A stretch of DNA of 64,000 nt. It comes from a virus. Its lineage: Duplodnaviria > Caudoviricetes. Both the position numbers and the translations under genes were made by a program. This document shows positions 10,001-19,362 of this stretch, one piece after another. Within the stretch, counting starts at the first letter, position 1. Each line of letters opens with the position of its first letter. Location: positions 1 through 64,000 of the IMG/VR virus record IMGVR_UViG_2848581113_000005, one strand, 5' to 3'. The notes beneath the pieces were generated by a model, which was not told the origin of the DNA, did not search any database, and saw only the letters and a list, made by a program, of their open reading frames with translations.

Positions 10001-10421
10001 TTTTCAGCAGTTCTGGCTTTGCTGAGGCTATCAATTTAAATGCCTCGGCAATGCGGGTTACGCCGAATTCCGTGGTACGACCAATCCGTTGGGCATTTTC
10101 ATCCAGTTTCTTTAACTGCTCGCCCGTTGCACCAGTAATGGCGGATAAGTCGGACAACGCCTGTCCGTATTGGCGGGTATGGGAAATAATGGTGCTCAGT
10201 GAAAAGCCCGTACCTGCCAGCATCATTAACTGACCGGAGACGGATTTGATTTGCGAGGCCAGCGAGCTGTAGCTCTTTTTCACCTTGTTGGCATCTGCCA
10301 CCGATTTATCGCTAAAGCGTTGTGATCCCTGCCCGGCATAACGATAAGCATCCATGATCTGGGATTTAAACGAAGTGGCATTAACCAGCAAGCCGACCGT
10401 CAATGTCGATAAATTAGCCAT
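7095..10421 (-). CDS. Tape measure protein
   Basis: 1108 aa, Ala-rich and helical, with lambda-type C-terminal MGEAGPEAILPL. Confidence 0.92.
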   Translation of the reverse strand: MANLSTLTVGLLVNATSFKSQIMDAYRYAGQGSQRFSDKSVADANKVKKSYSSLASQIKSVSGQLMMLAGTGFSLSTIISHTRQYGQALSDLSAITGATGEQLKKLDENAQRIGRTTEFGVTRIAEAFKLIASAKPELLKSTEALTLATEKAVILAQASGIDLPDATRALALSLNQFGASAEQADRFINVLAAGAKYGASEINETAQAIKNGGTAAALAGVSFEELGAAIQILAERGIKGGEAGTAMRNVILALERSADKNLKPSVVGLSSALETLTGKKLSTAQAVKLFGRANVSAASNLVTGREKLEQLTQALTGTQVAYEQASARANNLGADLDVLTRAFEGMAVKIGQSADGPLRTGVQNATSAINALSENFSLVASIALHTLIPVMATKLTAGLRENMTAWKATEKAARNVARQQAETAKRTIEQANATLRSTEAQGRHIQYLERTNRLHGLFVNYSKEKRTLIRQETEALKLQTQATSQLEAANRRFSYSYRALSAAGGFARGALAMIGGPFGAAMLAGSALYYFHQRAQEARASATNLKDAVLETKNALMQLSKIELSSRILKYRDALNVQKKETAKIWLDLQGKKNIVSGVGFGGLWANKKKAQEEVIHAEAEYEKALKKMEFHKKQLEESQAALKALEAGEKPKPLSNNQGGGSTGNPWTGNGDDKKGKITQILNQYRQLRLDLETVHTTSLGRIILSEQEVQRKLDEVGQSGLVSQQEIQRLTAFNAENHQKQRLALAEKYAPAKALIRQEKEASEELKALYIERLLSEQEYLSASRTLYQTSVKDKLAEQAKQISAPRLDMMGEVDPVVQLQNQLTEQTALYDTYYRNGLLNKERYEQLMTAAANRSKEAQFAAAKDLYVSQGDFQKIQMELLDVVEQRTGNALTGMLTGTKSFSESMRELSASLAQSIIQDLVRIAMQALITKAISGFFGGAMGSMGASALSSAGGGLSSVGSGTTIGPDVWKSPIMNAKGGVYQSADLSQYSGQVVSSPTLFKFAKGGGVMGEAGPEAILPLKRGTDGKLGVQTTGSTGNQTFNTVHNTVHIVVHSDGTHDTKTSRGAESAGQDIAKFVDQRFKFLLHKSLNQGGELSVAIKGGR

Positions 10422-10424
10422 AAC

Positions 10425-10660
10425 TTAACCTAATAATTTCATGATAGCATCACACTGTGCCTGGACCGTATCACTGGGTGACGATACAGATACAGCAGGC
10501 GGACTGTCTGGCTGTTTGCGGTTTTTTAGTCGGTAATAGACCTGCCACTCGTTGAGCGTGGACGCAGGCAAAGACAGAATGCGATAGGGATCAATTTCGC
10601 CGAGCTGCTCAGCTAATGTGAAAGCAAAATGCAGCCACGGCGAGTGGGTTAGTTTTTTTC
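10425..10660 (-). CDS. Tail chaperone gpGT extension (-1 programmed frameshift)
   Basis: Slippery GAAAAAAAC before the gpG stop; the -1 frame is open (LTHSPWLHFAFTLAEQLGEIDPY...MKLLG*). Confidence 0.8.
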
Positions 10661-10996
10661 GGCGTCCTCCAGTGTGCCGATGGCGTGGCGCTTCACGGTC
10701 TGAATCGCTTCAATCAGGGTCGCGTTATCGTGGATGGCCATCAATTCTTCTGCGGTGGGCAGGTCATCAGTGGGAATGGATTGCCCCTTATCATCCACCA
10801 GACAATCCAACACCATCTGGATATTCAGGCGGGAGGCTTCGCGCCCGTCCCCGGCATCACTTAGCTTTTCCGCTTTTTCTTCCAGTTCCAGTAATTCCAG
10901 TGCCGTCATCCGGCGCAGGTTTATTTGCGTACCGAACAGTTCCACTGCTTTAATCTGCGGGCGCGGGGTGAGTAAGGCCGCTTTCAGCGCTTTCAT
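10649..10996 (-). CDS. Tail assembly chaperone gpG-like
   Basis: Lies between tail tube and tape measure; ends EKN* at the slippery site. Confidence 0.82.
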   Translation of the reverse strand: MKALKAALLTPRPQIKAVELFGTQINLRRMTALELLELEEKAEKLSDAGDGREASRLNIQMVLDCLVDDKGQSIPTDDLPTAEELMAIHDNATLIEAIQTVKRHAIGTLEDAEKN

Positions 10997-11454
10997 TGGG
11001 TGACTCCTGTTTTCTTGTCAGTAATACCCCAGACGAGGTTATTTTGTTTGCCTTTGACCGTGATTTGGATCACTTCACTCGCCGGGGCGTTAATGTCGTT
11101 CATTTCCCAACCTGAAAGCGCCAGTACCATCATGGCGGTACGTTTATTCGGCAGGGCAATGTAAAACTGCACGGTTTCACGCTTTTCCGCCGCGTTCAGG
11201 AAGGAGACAAAATCGGGGTTCTCCGGATCATCGATAAAGCCAAGGGATTTTTCCGGACCTTCAGGCATATCGGAAATAAACTGTTTGTTGGTATCCATCA
11301 GGGTGGTGCAGTCGACAAAACTGCCGGTCAGCCCCGTGGCTCCCAATGCCTTACAGTTAATTAATGGACGCATGTCTTCTACGGTGTCGCCGGGCTTGCC
11401 AAACTTCACCACTGTACCAGCAGGCAATACGGCGTATTCTGGCGATGTTGCCAT
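10993..11454 (-). CDS. Major tail tube protein
   Basis: Synteny; VDCTTL...FISDMPEGPEKS motif. Confidence 0.8.
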   Translation of the reverse strand: MATSPEYAVLPAGTVVKFGKPGDTVEDMRPLINCKALGATGLTGSFVDCTTLMDTNKQFISDMPEGPEKSLGFIDDPENPDFVSFLNAAEKRETVQFYIALPNKRTAMMVLALSGWEMNDINAPASEVIQITVKGKQNNLVWGITDKKTGVTQ

Positions 11455-11465
11455 TATGTGTTCTC

Positions 11466-11870
11466 CTATTGACTGTACCCTGATAAGGCATCACGGATTT
11501 CCTGTGCAAGCACTTTAATCACAGCGGTTTTGTTGTAGTCCAGTGCCGGACGGATAAAGGGATTTGGCACCTGCTTAATCGTGCCCATCTCCTGCGCCAG
11601 TGCTTTCATGCGATGGGGTTTTGTCGGACCCACGGTGATCATCACCCCGCCTTTATATTTTTTCGATTTTGCCGAGTTAATGTGGATGGCATCCCGCATA
11701 TGGGAACCCTCGCTTTTCCGGTTATAACCAGCATGCATTTCCATATCTTCTTTAACGATTTCCATGGCAACTTTTCCGGCTTTGCGCAGGATTTGGGTCT
11801 GGAGCTCACGGTCCAGCGCCTGCAATTTATGCCTCAACTCCACCCATCCCGTTGTTTTTGCGGTGATCAT
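11466..11870 (-). CDS. HK97 gp10-like neck/tail component
   Basis: EMGT...PNPFIRPALD motif; ATG at 11870. Confidence 0.82.
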   Translation of the reverse strand: MITAKTTGWVELRHKLQALDRELQTQILRKAGKVAMEIVKEDMEMHAGYNRKSEGSHMRDAIHINSAKSKKYKGGVMITVGPTKPHRMKALAQEMGTIKQVPNPFIRPALDYNKTAVIKVLAQEIRDALSGYSQ

Positions 11871-12253
11871 GTCAGATGCCCCGTGTAAATGATGATAAAG
11901 TCCCGTGTGATACGGTAGCGCTTGCGGTTTTCTGTCAATTCTTCTGCATTTTGGTACAGTGCACCGCGCGTCACCGCCTGTACCGGATAGTGACCGATAA
12001 AACCGTGTTGCACCGACTCCCATGTTGAGCAAATTTTACCTTCCAGCTTAAGGGCTTTTTTATAGTCATGTAGGATGAGACTGATTTGAAAGCGAGCCTC
12101 GATGAGTTGTGTGGCCGCCAGCCCAGAATTGAATTTCGCGTCACTGATACGCTGGTAGGTCACGCCCTCTAACACACTGGACGGCAGTATCAGCGGATAG
12201 ACAGGCAGCCCGGTTAATCGCGTTAAATCGGCTTGAAGTTCAGGTTCTATCAT
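11867..12253 (-). CDS. Tail completion/terminator protein
   Basis: Synteny; VTYQRISD; ATG at 12253. Confidence 0.7.
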   Translation of the reverse strand: MIEPELQADLTRLTGLPVYPLILPSSVLEGVTYQRISDAKFNSGLAATQLIEARFQISLILHDYKKALKLEGKICSTWESVQHGFIGHYPVQAVTRGALYQNAEELTENRKRYRITRDFIIIYTGHLT

Positions 12254-12572
12254 GACGAATATCCGTCTCCGTGGTGATAACGGCACGGTCAGTACGATTG
12301 CGGTCGACGGCGCGAATGGTAAACAGCCGTCCCTGATGTTCAACCAACCAATCAGGTTCAATGTCTTTTCTTGGCCTGACGGTAAATTGTTGCACCTCGA
12401 TCACCTGTTGCTGATCAGCCGTGCGGATTTTACGGTGGGATAGGGCTTCCGCCCGTGCCCAGGTTTCAGTGACATATGCCCACACAATGATTTCAGCACC
12501 CAGATCATCACGGTTTTTGACAGGACGGAACAGTTTAATGCGATAGCGAAGTGAGCCGGCTTTCATCGGCAT
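12240..12572 (-). CDS. Head closure (head-tail adaptor) protein
   Basis: MKAGSLRYRI N-terminus typical of the SPP1 gp16-like family; AGGAG RBS. Confidence 0.8.
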   Translation of the reverse strand: MPMKAGSLRYRIKLFRPVKNRDDLGAEIIVWAYVTETWARAEALSHRKIRTADQQQVIEVQQFTVRPRKDIEPDWLVEHQGRLFTIRAVDRNRTDRAVITTETDIRHDRT

Positions 12573-12576
12573 TCTC

Positions 12577-12879
12577 CTATAGAGGAATAAAACGGTAAGG
12601 TTCCAGCAACGCTTTAAATCCGGAGGGTAAGGCCTGTGCCTCCCGGTTTTCATACCAGTAACCGACCACCAGCATAATTGCCAGTGCCACATCATCGGTC
12701 GCTAACAGGCCGTCCGGATCATCCTTTGGCACCGCGTTCTCATACAGGCGGCGGTTCAGGTAGCTTTCTGCCTGTTTGATGGCAGCACGAGAATACGTGT
12801 CTAATAAATCATCTTCGGTGTGATTATCACTGTCGATACGGCACTGCTGCCGAAGCAGATCAAGCGTGGGAAAAGACAT
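12577..12879 (-). CDS. Head-tail connector (HK97 gp6-like)
   Basis: EDDLL...LVVGYWYENRE...LLEPYR. Confidence 0.88.
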   Translation of the reverse strand: MSFPTLDLLRQQCRIDSDNHTEDDLLDTYSRAAIKQAESYLNRRLYENAVPKDDPDGLLATDDVALAIMLVVGYWYENREAQALPSGFKALLEPYRFIPL

Positions 12880-12902
12880 GTCATCTCCTGCTAATACGGT
12901 GA

Positions 12903-14114
12903 CTACGCCTTATCTTCTGCCACTTTCAGCAGTTTCACGGCGTTGCTGTCCACCAGCAGGGAGCCGACCCGTTTGGTGGTGTAGAAGTGGATAAACGGCT
13001 TGTGGGTGTACGGATCACGCAGCATACGCACCCCCAGCCTGTCCAAAATGGTGTAGCAACGTTTGAAGTTACCGAACACCATCGGCACGGCACCTGCGTC
13101 CAGATCGGCAAATTGCTCATTCTCTGCGATACCGTAGCCCAGCAAGGCGGAGGGTTGCCCCAGTTGCAAACCCGGCTGCCACAGATAGTTGCCCTGACTG
13201 TCTTTCAGAGTGCGTACCTGAAACAGCATGTTGTTGTTCATCATGAATTTCGCCCCGTTGCGGTATGGCTTGCGCAGGGTGTAAATCAGTTTCAGGATTT
13301 CGTCTGCCGTGACCTCGGTTGGCTTTTTCAGCAATAGGTGCTGCAACGTACCCCATTTACGATCCTTGTCGTCCTGTGCTTCACTGCCGTAGGCCAGTAA
13401 GCCTTTTGGCTTGTTCTTGCCGTCGCCGTGGGTAAAGGCGCTTTCTTCCTGCTCGGCAAATTCCTGTATCAGCTCAGACGAGATAAAGGCTTCCACATCG
13501 AAAAAGGCATCATCCAGCATGGTCTGAGTGGCTGCCGGATTACCGTAGATTTCACCCCAGATGGGTTCGATGGGTGCCAGCTTTGGCGTTTTAGTTTCCG
13601 GGCGTTCGTCGGTTTCACCAACCCAGCCACTGTTAGTGCCACCCTGATTGATCAGTCGCTTAAAATTAGGATTGCCAACGGACACCACATGACATTCAGT
13701 GCGCATCACCACCTCGTCTTTCAGGGCACTGATGATATTGCGATCCAGCTCTTCCGGCACGGCATAGCCCCCTTCAGGATCGGTCGTGGTCTGCATCGCT
13801 TTTTGTTCCAATTCTGCCAGTCCGTCTTCGCGGCCTTTGCGGATAAATTGAGCAAATGCGGTTTTATGCTCACTGACGTCCTTGCTATTGCTACCGCCTG
13901 CCGGACGTTTCAGCCCGGCCAGCTCTTCTTCCAGCGCTGATTTCAGGGTATCTAGCTCGCTGAGTTTGCCGTTCAAGGTTTCCACTTGTCCGGCTAATTT
14001 GCCTTTTTCCGCCTCAATCGCGTCAATGCGCTGGTCATTCTTCTGCCGGAACTCGTCGAAACGCTGCTGAATTTCCTGCGCGACCTGTTGTATGTCTTTG
14101 ACTTCAATAGCCAT
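12903..14114 (-). CDS. HK97-family major capsid protein
   Basis: Coiled-coil delta domain, GGYAVPEE, LKDSQGNYLWQP. Confidence 0.93.
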   Translation of the reverse strand: MAIEVKDIQQVAQEIQQRFDEFRQKNDQRIDAIEAEKGKLAGQVETLNGKLSELDTLKSALEEELAGLKRPAGGSNSKDVSEHKTAFAQFIRKGREDGLAELEQKAMQTTTDPEGGYAVPEELDRNIISALKDEVVMRTECHVVSVGNPNFKRLINQGGTNSGWVGETDERPETKTPKLAPIEPIWGEIYGNPAATQTMLDDAFFDVEAFISSELIQEFAEQEESAFTHGDGKNKPKGLLAYGSEAQDDKDRKWGTLQHLLLKKPTEVTADEILKLIYTLRKPYRNGAKFMMNNNMLFQVRTLKDSQGNYLWQPGLQLGQPSALLGYGIAENEQFADLDAGAVPMVFGNFKRCYTILDRLGVRMLRDPYTHKPFIHFYTTKRVGSLLVDSNAVKLLKVAEDKA

Positions 14115-14126
14115 AAAAAACTCCGG

Positions 14127-14783
14127 TTAGTTAAAATGTAATGATTTCAGTGCATTCAGGGCAGACGCTGCTTCCGCCTCACGCAGCAACAGGGTGCCAT
14201 AGCCACCCGCCATAAAGGCTTTGGCCTGCGTTCGGGAGAGTCCAACATCGCACAGGACTCGTTCAATATGACTGGGATTGGGAATATCGCCCCGAGCAAA
14301 GGCCGATTTCACATTGCTCACCCGGGCATCATCGTTGGCGGGAAAGGTCACCAGACTTACTTCCCATAAATCGAGGTCTTTCAGTAAAAAAGCCGCTTTT
14401 GTCCGGTCATACTCCCCATCTTTCAGCACATAACCGATAGACAGGCCGGAGAGCGACCCTGCTTTCATATGGGCGTGTGCCCGTTTTGCCAGTGGGTCAT
14501 CGTCAATGAGCAGATGCCCTTTGAGATACAGCCCAGTTTCGTCTTCTTTCATTTCGGTATAGATACCGATGGGTTCATCCATTCGGTGTTGCCAGAGCAA
14601 AGCAGGCAGACTGCCTTTTTCTTTCCATTGTTTCAGGGTATTGGCAAAGGCACCGGGTAAAACGATATCGTCGGTACTGTCTTTCAGGCCGAATACCGAG
14701 CCATACCCTTCAAACTCGCCGGAATCACTGACAGATTTAATGTTCAAAGGCATATCAAGCCGTTGTTTGGTTATCATCGGCAT
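14127..14783 (-). CDS. HK97-family prohead protease
   Basis: FEGYGSVF, LWQH, GLSIGY, EVSLVTFPAN. Confidence 0.93.
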   Translation of the reverse strand: MPMITKQRLDMPLNIKSVSDSGEFEGYGSVFGLKDSTDDIVLPGAFANTLKQWKEKGSLPALLWQHRMDEPIGIYTEMKEDETGLYLKGHLLIDDDPLAKRAHAHMKAGSLSGLSIGYVLKDGEYDRTKAAFLLKDLDLWEVSLVTFPANDDARVSNVKSAFARGDIPNPSHIERVLCDVGLSRTQAKAFMAGGYGTLLLREAEAASALNALKSLHFN

Positions 14784-15987
14784 GGGATTCTTCCTCTTTT
14801 TTCGGGGCTTGTTTAGGTTTCGTGGTCATGTTCATCGGTGTGAGATAAATATCACCGCCCTCGCGGGGGTTGAGTTCTTCCAGCTCCCGGCATTCGTTCG
14901 GCGCGTAAATGCCCCAGTTAATGCCGGTGGCGTAGGATTCAAAACGGGATTTCATGTCACCACGCAGCAACGCGCCCGTGTTGAATTTGGCGTAGAACTG
15001 CCCCTGTTTGCTGTTTTTGACCAACCCCGCATTAATGCGCTGTTCAATCCGGGTGAGATAAGGTACCAAAGAGTAATTAATAAACCCGATCCCCAGATTT
15101 TCAATATTGTTAAAGGTGGCGCGGTCAGTGTTCTGCACCATATGCAGCGGCACCCGGAAGATGCGGCAGATTTCCTCAAGCTGAAACTTGCGGGTTTCCA
15201 GAAACTGCGCATCTTCGGCAGACAGGCTGATTTGATGCCATTTCAGTCCCATCTCCAGGATCATCGGCTTATGCGCGTTGACCAGTCCCTGATGACGGGC
15301 TTCAAAATCCGCCTTCAGCCGTTTATACGCCTCGTCTTTCAATGCCTGATCTGTTTGCAGTACGCCACTGGTGACTGCCCCGTTACCAAACAGCCGTGAT
15401 CCATGTTCTTCGGTGGCCAGCCCCAGCCCGATCGCTTGCCGGGCGTAGGTGATGGGGCTTAATCCAGTCAGTCCATCCAGCGTGAAGATGCGGACATGCC
15501 AGATCTCGTCTTGCGTCAATGTTTCATTATTCCCGTTCGGGAACGTCACCTGATATTCTGGCTGCCAGTCACGATTCAGTTTGGGAACGACAGCACCTGA
15601 ATCGAGCGGCAGTAATTCCACCACTTCCCCCAGTGCTTTGACTTTGTAAGCGTAGAAATTCCCCCGCAGGCACAGGCAGGCAATCAGCAACTCCCAGAAC
15701 TCCTGCGGCGTCATGTAATTATTGGGTTTGACCGACAACAGCTTATGTAACCGCTCGTTAACGGCGCGTCGGTTGCCGCGTTCTAATGGCTCATACAGCG
15801 AACAAGGCAGCATGCCAACGGATTCCGCCAGTACCCGTACGCAACTAAACACAGCGGTGAGCTGCATGGCTAACTGCGGGCTGACCCGCCGCCCGCTGTA
15901 GGTGTCATAAGACAAGCCAATCAGTTCACTTAAATTACGGGAGATCAGGGGTTCGGCGGATTTACGAAATAATCCGGGAAAAAACAT
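14755..15987 (-). CDS. HK97-family portal protein
   Basis: AVFSCVRVLAESV, GLSPI, EEICRIFRVP. Confidence 0.93.
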   Translation of the reverse strand: MFFPGLFRKSAEPLISRNLSELIGLSYDTYSGRRVSPQLAMQLTAVFSCVRVLAESVGMLPCSLYEPLERGNRRAVNERLHKLLSVKPNNYMTPQEFWELLIACLCLRGNFYAYKVKALGEVVELLPLDSGAVVPKLNRDWQPEYQVTFPNGNNETLTQDEIWHVRIFTLDGLTGLSPITYARQAIGLGLATEEHGSRLFGNGAVTSGVLQTDQALKDEAYKRLKADFEARHQGLVNAHKPMILEMGLKWHQISLSAEDAQFLETRKFQLEEICRIFRVPLHMVQNTDRATFNNIENLGIGFINYSLVPYLTRIEQRINAGLVKNSKQGQFYAKFNTGALLRGDMKSRFESYATGINWGIYAPNECRELEELNPREGGDIYLTPMNMTTKPKQAPKKEEESHADDNQTTA

Positions 15988-16163
15988 CAAACCTCCTTAT
16001 CGGGTTTCTGGCTCAACATGCGTGAAACCAAATACGACCAGCCAAGGCACAGCACACCCGACGCCATAAATCCGGCAGCCGGCAACAGCAACCATGCGCC
16101 GTAAGACAGCAAAACGCCGCCCGCCAGCCCGATTAACAGGGCAGCAATCATTAATTCTTTCAT
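15987..16163 (-). CDS. 58-aa membrane protein between terL and portal
   Basis: Hand-translated MKELMIAALLIGLAGGVLLSYGAWLL...; two hydrophobic segments; absent from the ORF track. Confidence 0.65.
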   Translation of the reverse strand: MKELMIAALLIGLAGGVLLSYGAWLLLPAAGFMASGVLCLGWSYLVSRMLSQKPDKEV

Positions 16164-16172
16164 GAAAAAACC

Positions 16173-17903
16173 TCAGAGTGAGCGAACACCGTGGGAGATC
16201 AAATGATCTGAAAGACTGGAGACTTCGTGCAAAATAGCCCGCCCCATCGCCATTATCAGCGCCACCGCGCCATCAATTTTGCTGTCTTTATGCTCTTTGA
16301 TGGGGCGCACAATGTCATCATTACCAGTCAGCGTTTTCCCGACGACATTGCCGATACACCAGGACATAATCGGATGACCGTCATGATGGAAACGCCCGGA
16401 CTGGATAGCGGCTTCCAGCTCTTTCATCGGGTCACTCATATGAGTGAAATTCTGGGTAATAATGATGGGATTAATTCCCTCGTCCGCCAGTGAATGTGAT
16501 AAACCGGTTGCTCCAAAGGGATCAATCGGAGCCTCATTGACAGGGTTCTGGTGACAGGCCAGTTTGGCTTCTTCGAGAATGTAGCGGTAATCCACTTCGG
16601 CCCCCTCCGTGACAGTCAGCAACCCCATCTCTGCCCATTTCTGAAAACGTTCGGCACTGCGGCGGTTCTCATTCTGCTCCACACTGTAGACAGTGTCATA
16701 CGGCACCCAGAAACACGGCGCGATACTGTAGAAATGGCGTTTACCGTCAATTTCACGCACAAAGAGCCGAGCCATGCTGTTCATGTCCAGCTTGCGAGCG
16801 AGATCAAAGGCCAGAAAACAGGGCTGGCCCTCGAATTGAGCCAGCGTTAGTGAGGTGTCTTCACATTGTTTCCAGTTCACCATATTGAAGTAAGCCTCCC
16901 GCGCAGACACCCAGATATTGAGGTGCTTGGTTTTAAAGACACTGGCTAAACGCGGGTTATTCAGGGCGCGTTGTTGCTGACTCAGCAAAAAATCAGCATA
17001 GACCGATACCCCCATATTGGGATTGGCTTTGCGTAACACCTCCGGAGAGGTCCAGTCATCTCCCTCATCCACCGTGTAGATCACCCCGAACAGTTCCTCG
17101 TTGGGCACATTGCCGGACAGCATTTCCATCACTTCGCGCCGCTTGTCATAACAGGGACCTTCAATGTTGTAACCTGCCGTGGTGATCCCCCACATCAGTG
17201 GCTGACGCCGTGCTCCCATGCCCGTGAGCATGGTGGTATACAGGTCATCGGTATCATGTTCATGGTATTCATCAACAATGGCGCAACTGGGGGACTGCCC
17301 GTCACCGGGATTGCCAATCAGCGGCTCAAACCTCGCCCCGTCTGCCGGGCGGTTCATATTGGCGGCATTCACTTCAATGCCGAACGCCTCAAGTAGCATC
17401 GGGGTACGCTTACACATCAATCGTGCTGGCCGGAACACTTCCCACGCCTGTTTCTCGGTCGTGGCACCGGAATACACTTCCGCGCCAAATTCGTCATCAC
17501 AGGTAAAGCAATAGAGTGCCACGCCCGCCGAAATTGCGGACTTGCCATTTTTACGGGGAATTTCGGTATATACTTCCCGAAATCGGCGTAGCCGGCTGCC
17601 TTTATGCACCCAGCCAAAGACCGAGCAGACAATAAACAATTGCCACGACTCCAACGTGATCGGCATCCGTTTGAATGCCCATTCCCCTTTGGTATGTGGC
17701 AGTAACTGGATAAATTTCGCGGCGCGTTCTGCCAGCTCCTTATCGAACCGGTATTTGAACTGCCGATTCTTTTCCTGATGCAGATTATCCAGATGCCGCT
17801 GACAGGCTTCCCTGACATAGCGACCGACTTCAATTTTGCCGCGCACGACATCACGGGCGTACTGGTTCGCCGCATTGACATTTGAATAGGATTTACGGCT
17901 CAT
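16173..17903 (-). CDS. Terminase large subunit
   Basis: Walker A IPRKNGKS, Walker B IVDEYH, ITTAG, KIDGAVA. Confidence 0.95.
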   Translation of the reverse strand: MSRKSYSNVNAANQYARDVVRGKIEVGRYVREACQRHLDNLHQEKNRQFKYRFDKELAERAAKFIQLLPHTKGEWAFKRMPITLESWQLFIVCSVFGWVHKGSRLRRFREVYTEIPRKNGKSAISAGVALYCFTCDDEFGAEVYSGATTEKQAWEVFRPARLMCKRTPMLLEAFGIEVNAANMNRPADGARFEPLIGNPGDGQSPSCAIVDEYHEHDTDDLYTTMLTGMGARRQPLMWGITTAGYNIEGPCYDKRREVMEMLSGNVPNEELFGVIYTVDEGDDWTSPEVLRKANPNMGVSVYADFLLSQQQRALNNPRLASVFKTKHLNIWVSAREAYFNMVNWKQCEDTSLTLAQFEGQPCFLAFDLARKLDMNSMARLFVREIDGKRHFYSIAPCFWVPYDTVYSVEQNENRRSAERFQKWAEMGLLTVTEGAEVDYRYILEEAKLACHQNPVNEAPIDPFGATGLSHSLADEGINPIIITQNFTHMSDPMKELEAAIQSGRFHHDGHPIMSWCIGNVVGKTLTGNDDIVRPIKEHKDSKIDGAVALIMAMGRAILHEVSSLSDHLISHGVRSL

Positions 17904-18394
17904 GATGAAATCATCCTTATAAACGGATTGTCCGTTTTGGCCTGACCTGCCGCCCCAATCAGGCGCTGGCGGCTGCTCGGATCTAAGCCCAACATGGCAC
18001 CGGTGGTATCCATTTCAGATTGTTGCTCTTTTTTGGCGGTCAGCTCCGGGTTTTTAATCGGCCCACCGGTTGCGCCTGTTACTGTATTGCCTTGTCGAGC
18101 GATATTTATCACAGCATTGCGCCAGAATTGATAAGCTACACACCAGCGTTCAAGCACCACGAGATCCGTGACACAGAGTAACCCTTGGGCGCATAACTCT
18201 TTGCTGGTCAGCTCCCACATCACCACGGCCAGCGACATTTCATTGTCGGCAAACCAATTTGGCGGTGATACGCTCGTCAATGATGTAAAGCTAGGTTCCT
18301 CCCGATTCAGTTTGCGCTTGCCCGGATTGCCCGCCAATGCTTTGCGTGCCGTCGGTTTTGGGCGACGACCTGATTTCCCCGCCGTTCCCGCCAT
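17900..18394 (-). CDS. Terminase small subunit (P27 family)
   Basis: GRRPKPT...[17 protein letters not shown]. Confidence 0.9.
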   Translation of the reverse strand: MAGTAGKSGRRPKPTARKALAGNPGKRKLNREEPSFTSLTSVSPPNWFADNEMSLAVVMWELTSKELCAQGLLCVTDLVVLERWCVAYQFWRNAVINIARQGNTVTGATGGPIKNPELTAKKEQQSEMDTTGAMLGLDPSSRQRLIGAAGQAKTDNPFIRMISS

Positions 18395-18419
18395 ACGCAG
18401 CACCTCCCGGGCTTAAAAA

Positions 18420-18545
18420 CAGTGAAAGATGAGTGAAAAGTACCCGATTTAAATTTCATTTTTCGCGGGTATAAAAAAAGACCCAAGGTGGCGGTCCCTT
18501 GGGTCGAGAGTGGCAGGAATTTGACCCGCCCCTCCCCCTTGTAAA
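18420..18545. other. Putative cos packaging region
   Basis: Non-coding gap between HNH and terS, with dyad ACCCAAGG-N8-CCTTGGGT (18481-18504) and a G-rich tract; this is the usual cos position. Confidence 0.55.
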
Positions 18546-18593
18546 CTATGGCATTCGAAATGATTACGCTGGAAATTAATATTCACTCAGCCT

Positions 18594-18944
18594 TCAGCGT
18601 GATCGCTCTGTGGCAGTCTTCTGTCGATGGCAGGCTTCACACAGTAGTTGTAGATTGCTTAACACATCGGTGCCGCCATGCGCTTTGAGTTGGATATGGT
18701 CAACCGTCGTGCCTGTGACTGCTCGTCCCTGTCGTAAGCAGTGCTGGCACAAATGATTATCCCGTTGTTTTACTGCAATTTTTAACTTATCCCACTGACT
18801 GCCATAACCACGAGCATGTCGGCTTTTGCCCTGCTGGTGACGTTGCCAGCCTGTGTGAAGATGGTCAGTACAGTAGCCGCTGCGGTCGATGGTAGTCTTG
18901 GGGCAGCCTTGCTTGCGACAGGCTCGGGGAATACGGGGTAGCAT
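18594..18944 (-). CDS. HNH endonuclease (terminase-associated)
   Basis: CQHC...VDHI...NLQLLCEACH. Confidence 0.9.
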   Translation of the reverse strand: MLPRIPRACRKQGCPKTTIDRSGYCTDHLHTGWQRHQQGKSRHARGYGSQWDKLKIAVKQRDNHLCQHCLRQGRAVTGTTVDHIQLKAHGGTDVLSNLQLLCEACHRQKTATERSR

Positions 18945-19362
18945 GTTCAGCCCTCGATATAGCAAAAAACCACCCGAAAGTGGCAGATTATCAAGCTCTC
19001 AGTAAGTCTTTATAGTTTTGCGGAAATGGAACTCCTGGCTCTTTTTTGAGTCTCCCTATTTTATTTACAATTTCCTCTTTTTCCTTTTCGGTGGCTGTCT
19101 TATAGAAGTCTTTAGCTGTAACTGGCACAACTCTTTTAGCTTCATGCCATGGTCTGTGGTAAGGCTCCTCTAGACCCTATAGCATATAAAAATTGTGTAG
19201 CTCAGTGCATAGCGCAAACTGGAAACATATCAATCTGTTTATAATAAATCGAAAGATAGGACGGTAGCATTCCCACCGTCCTTTCATCACTCACCTACAC
19301 TGTGTCCTAACATACTCCTGCAGCCTTGAAATGTTTGAATTGGTGAGGAGTGAGCGGTTTAT

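Noticed and set aside
14569-15399. Long plus-strand ORF opposite the portal gene, and similar shadow ORFs elsewhere
   Set aside because: They are antisense to well-supported phage genes and lack motifs.
18465-18474. 10-nt match (GCGGGTATAA) between spacer 2 and the putative cos region
   Set aside because: Matches of this length are expected by chance in 64 kb and it does not extend. I saw no full protospacer, though the search was by eye and not exhaustive.
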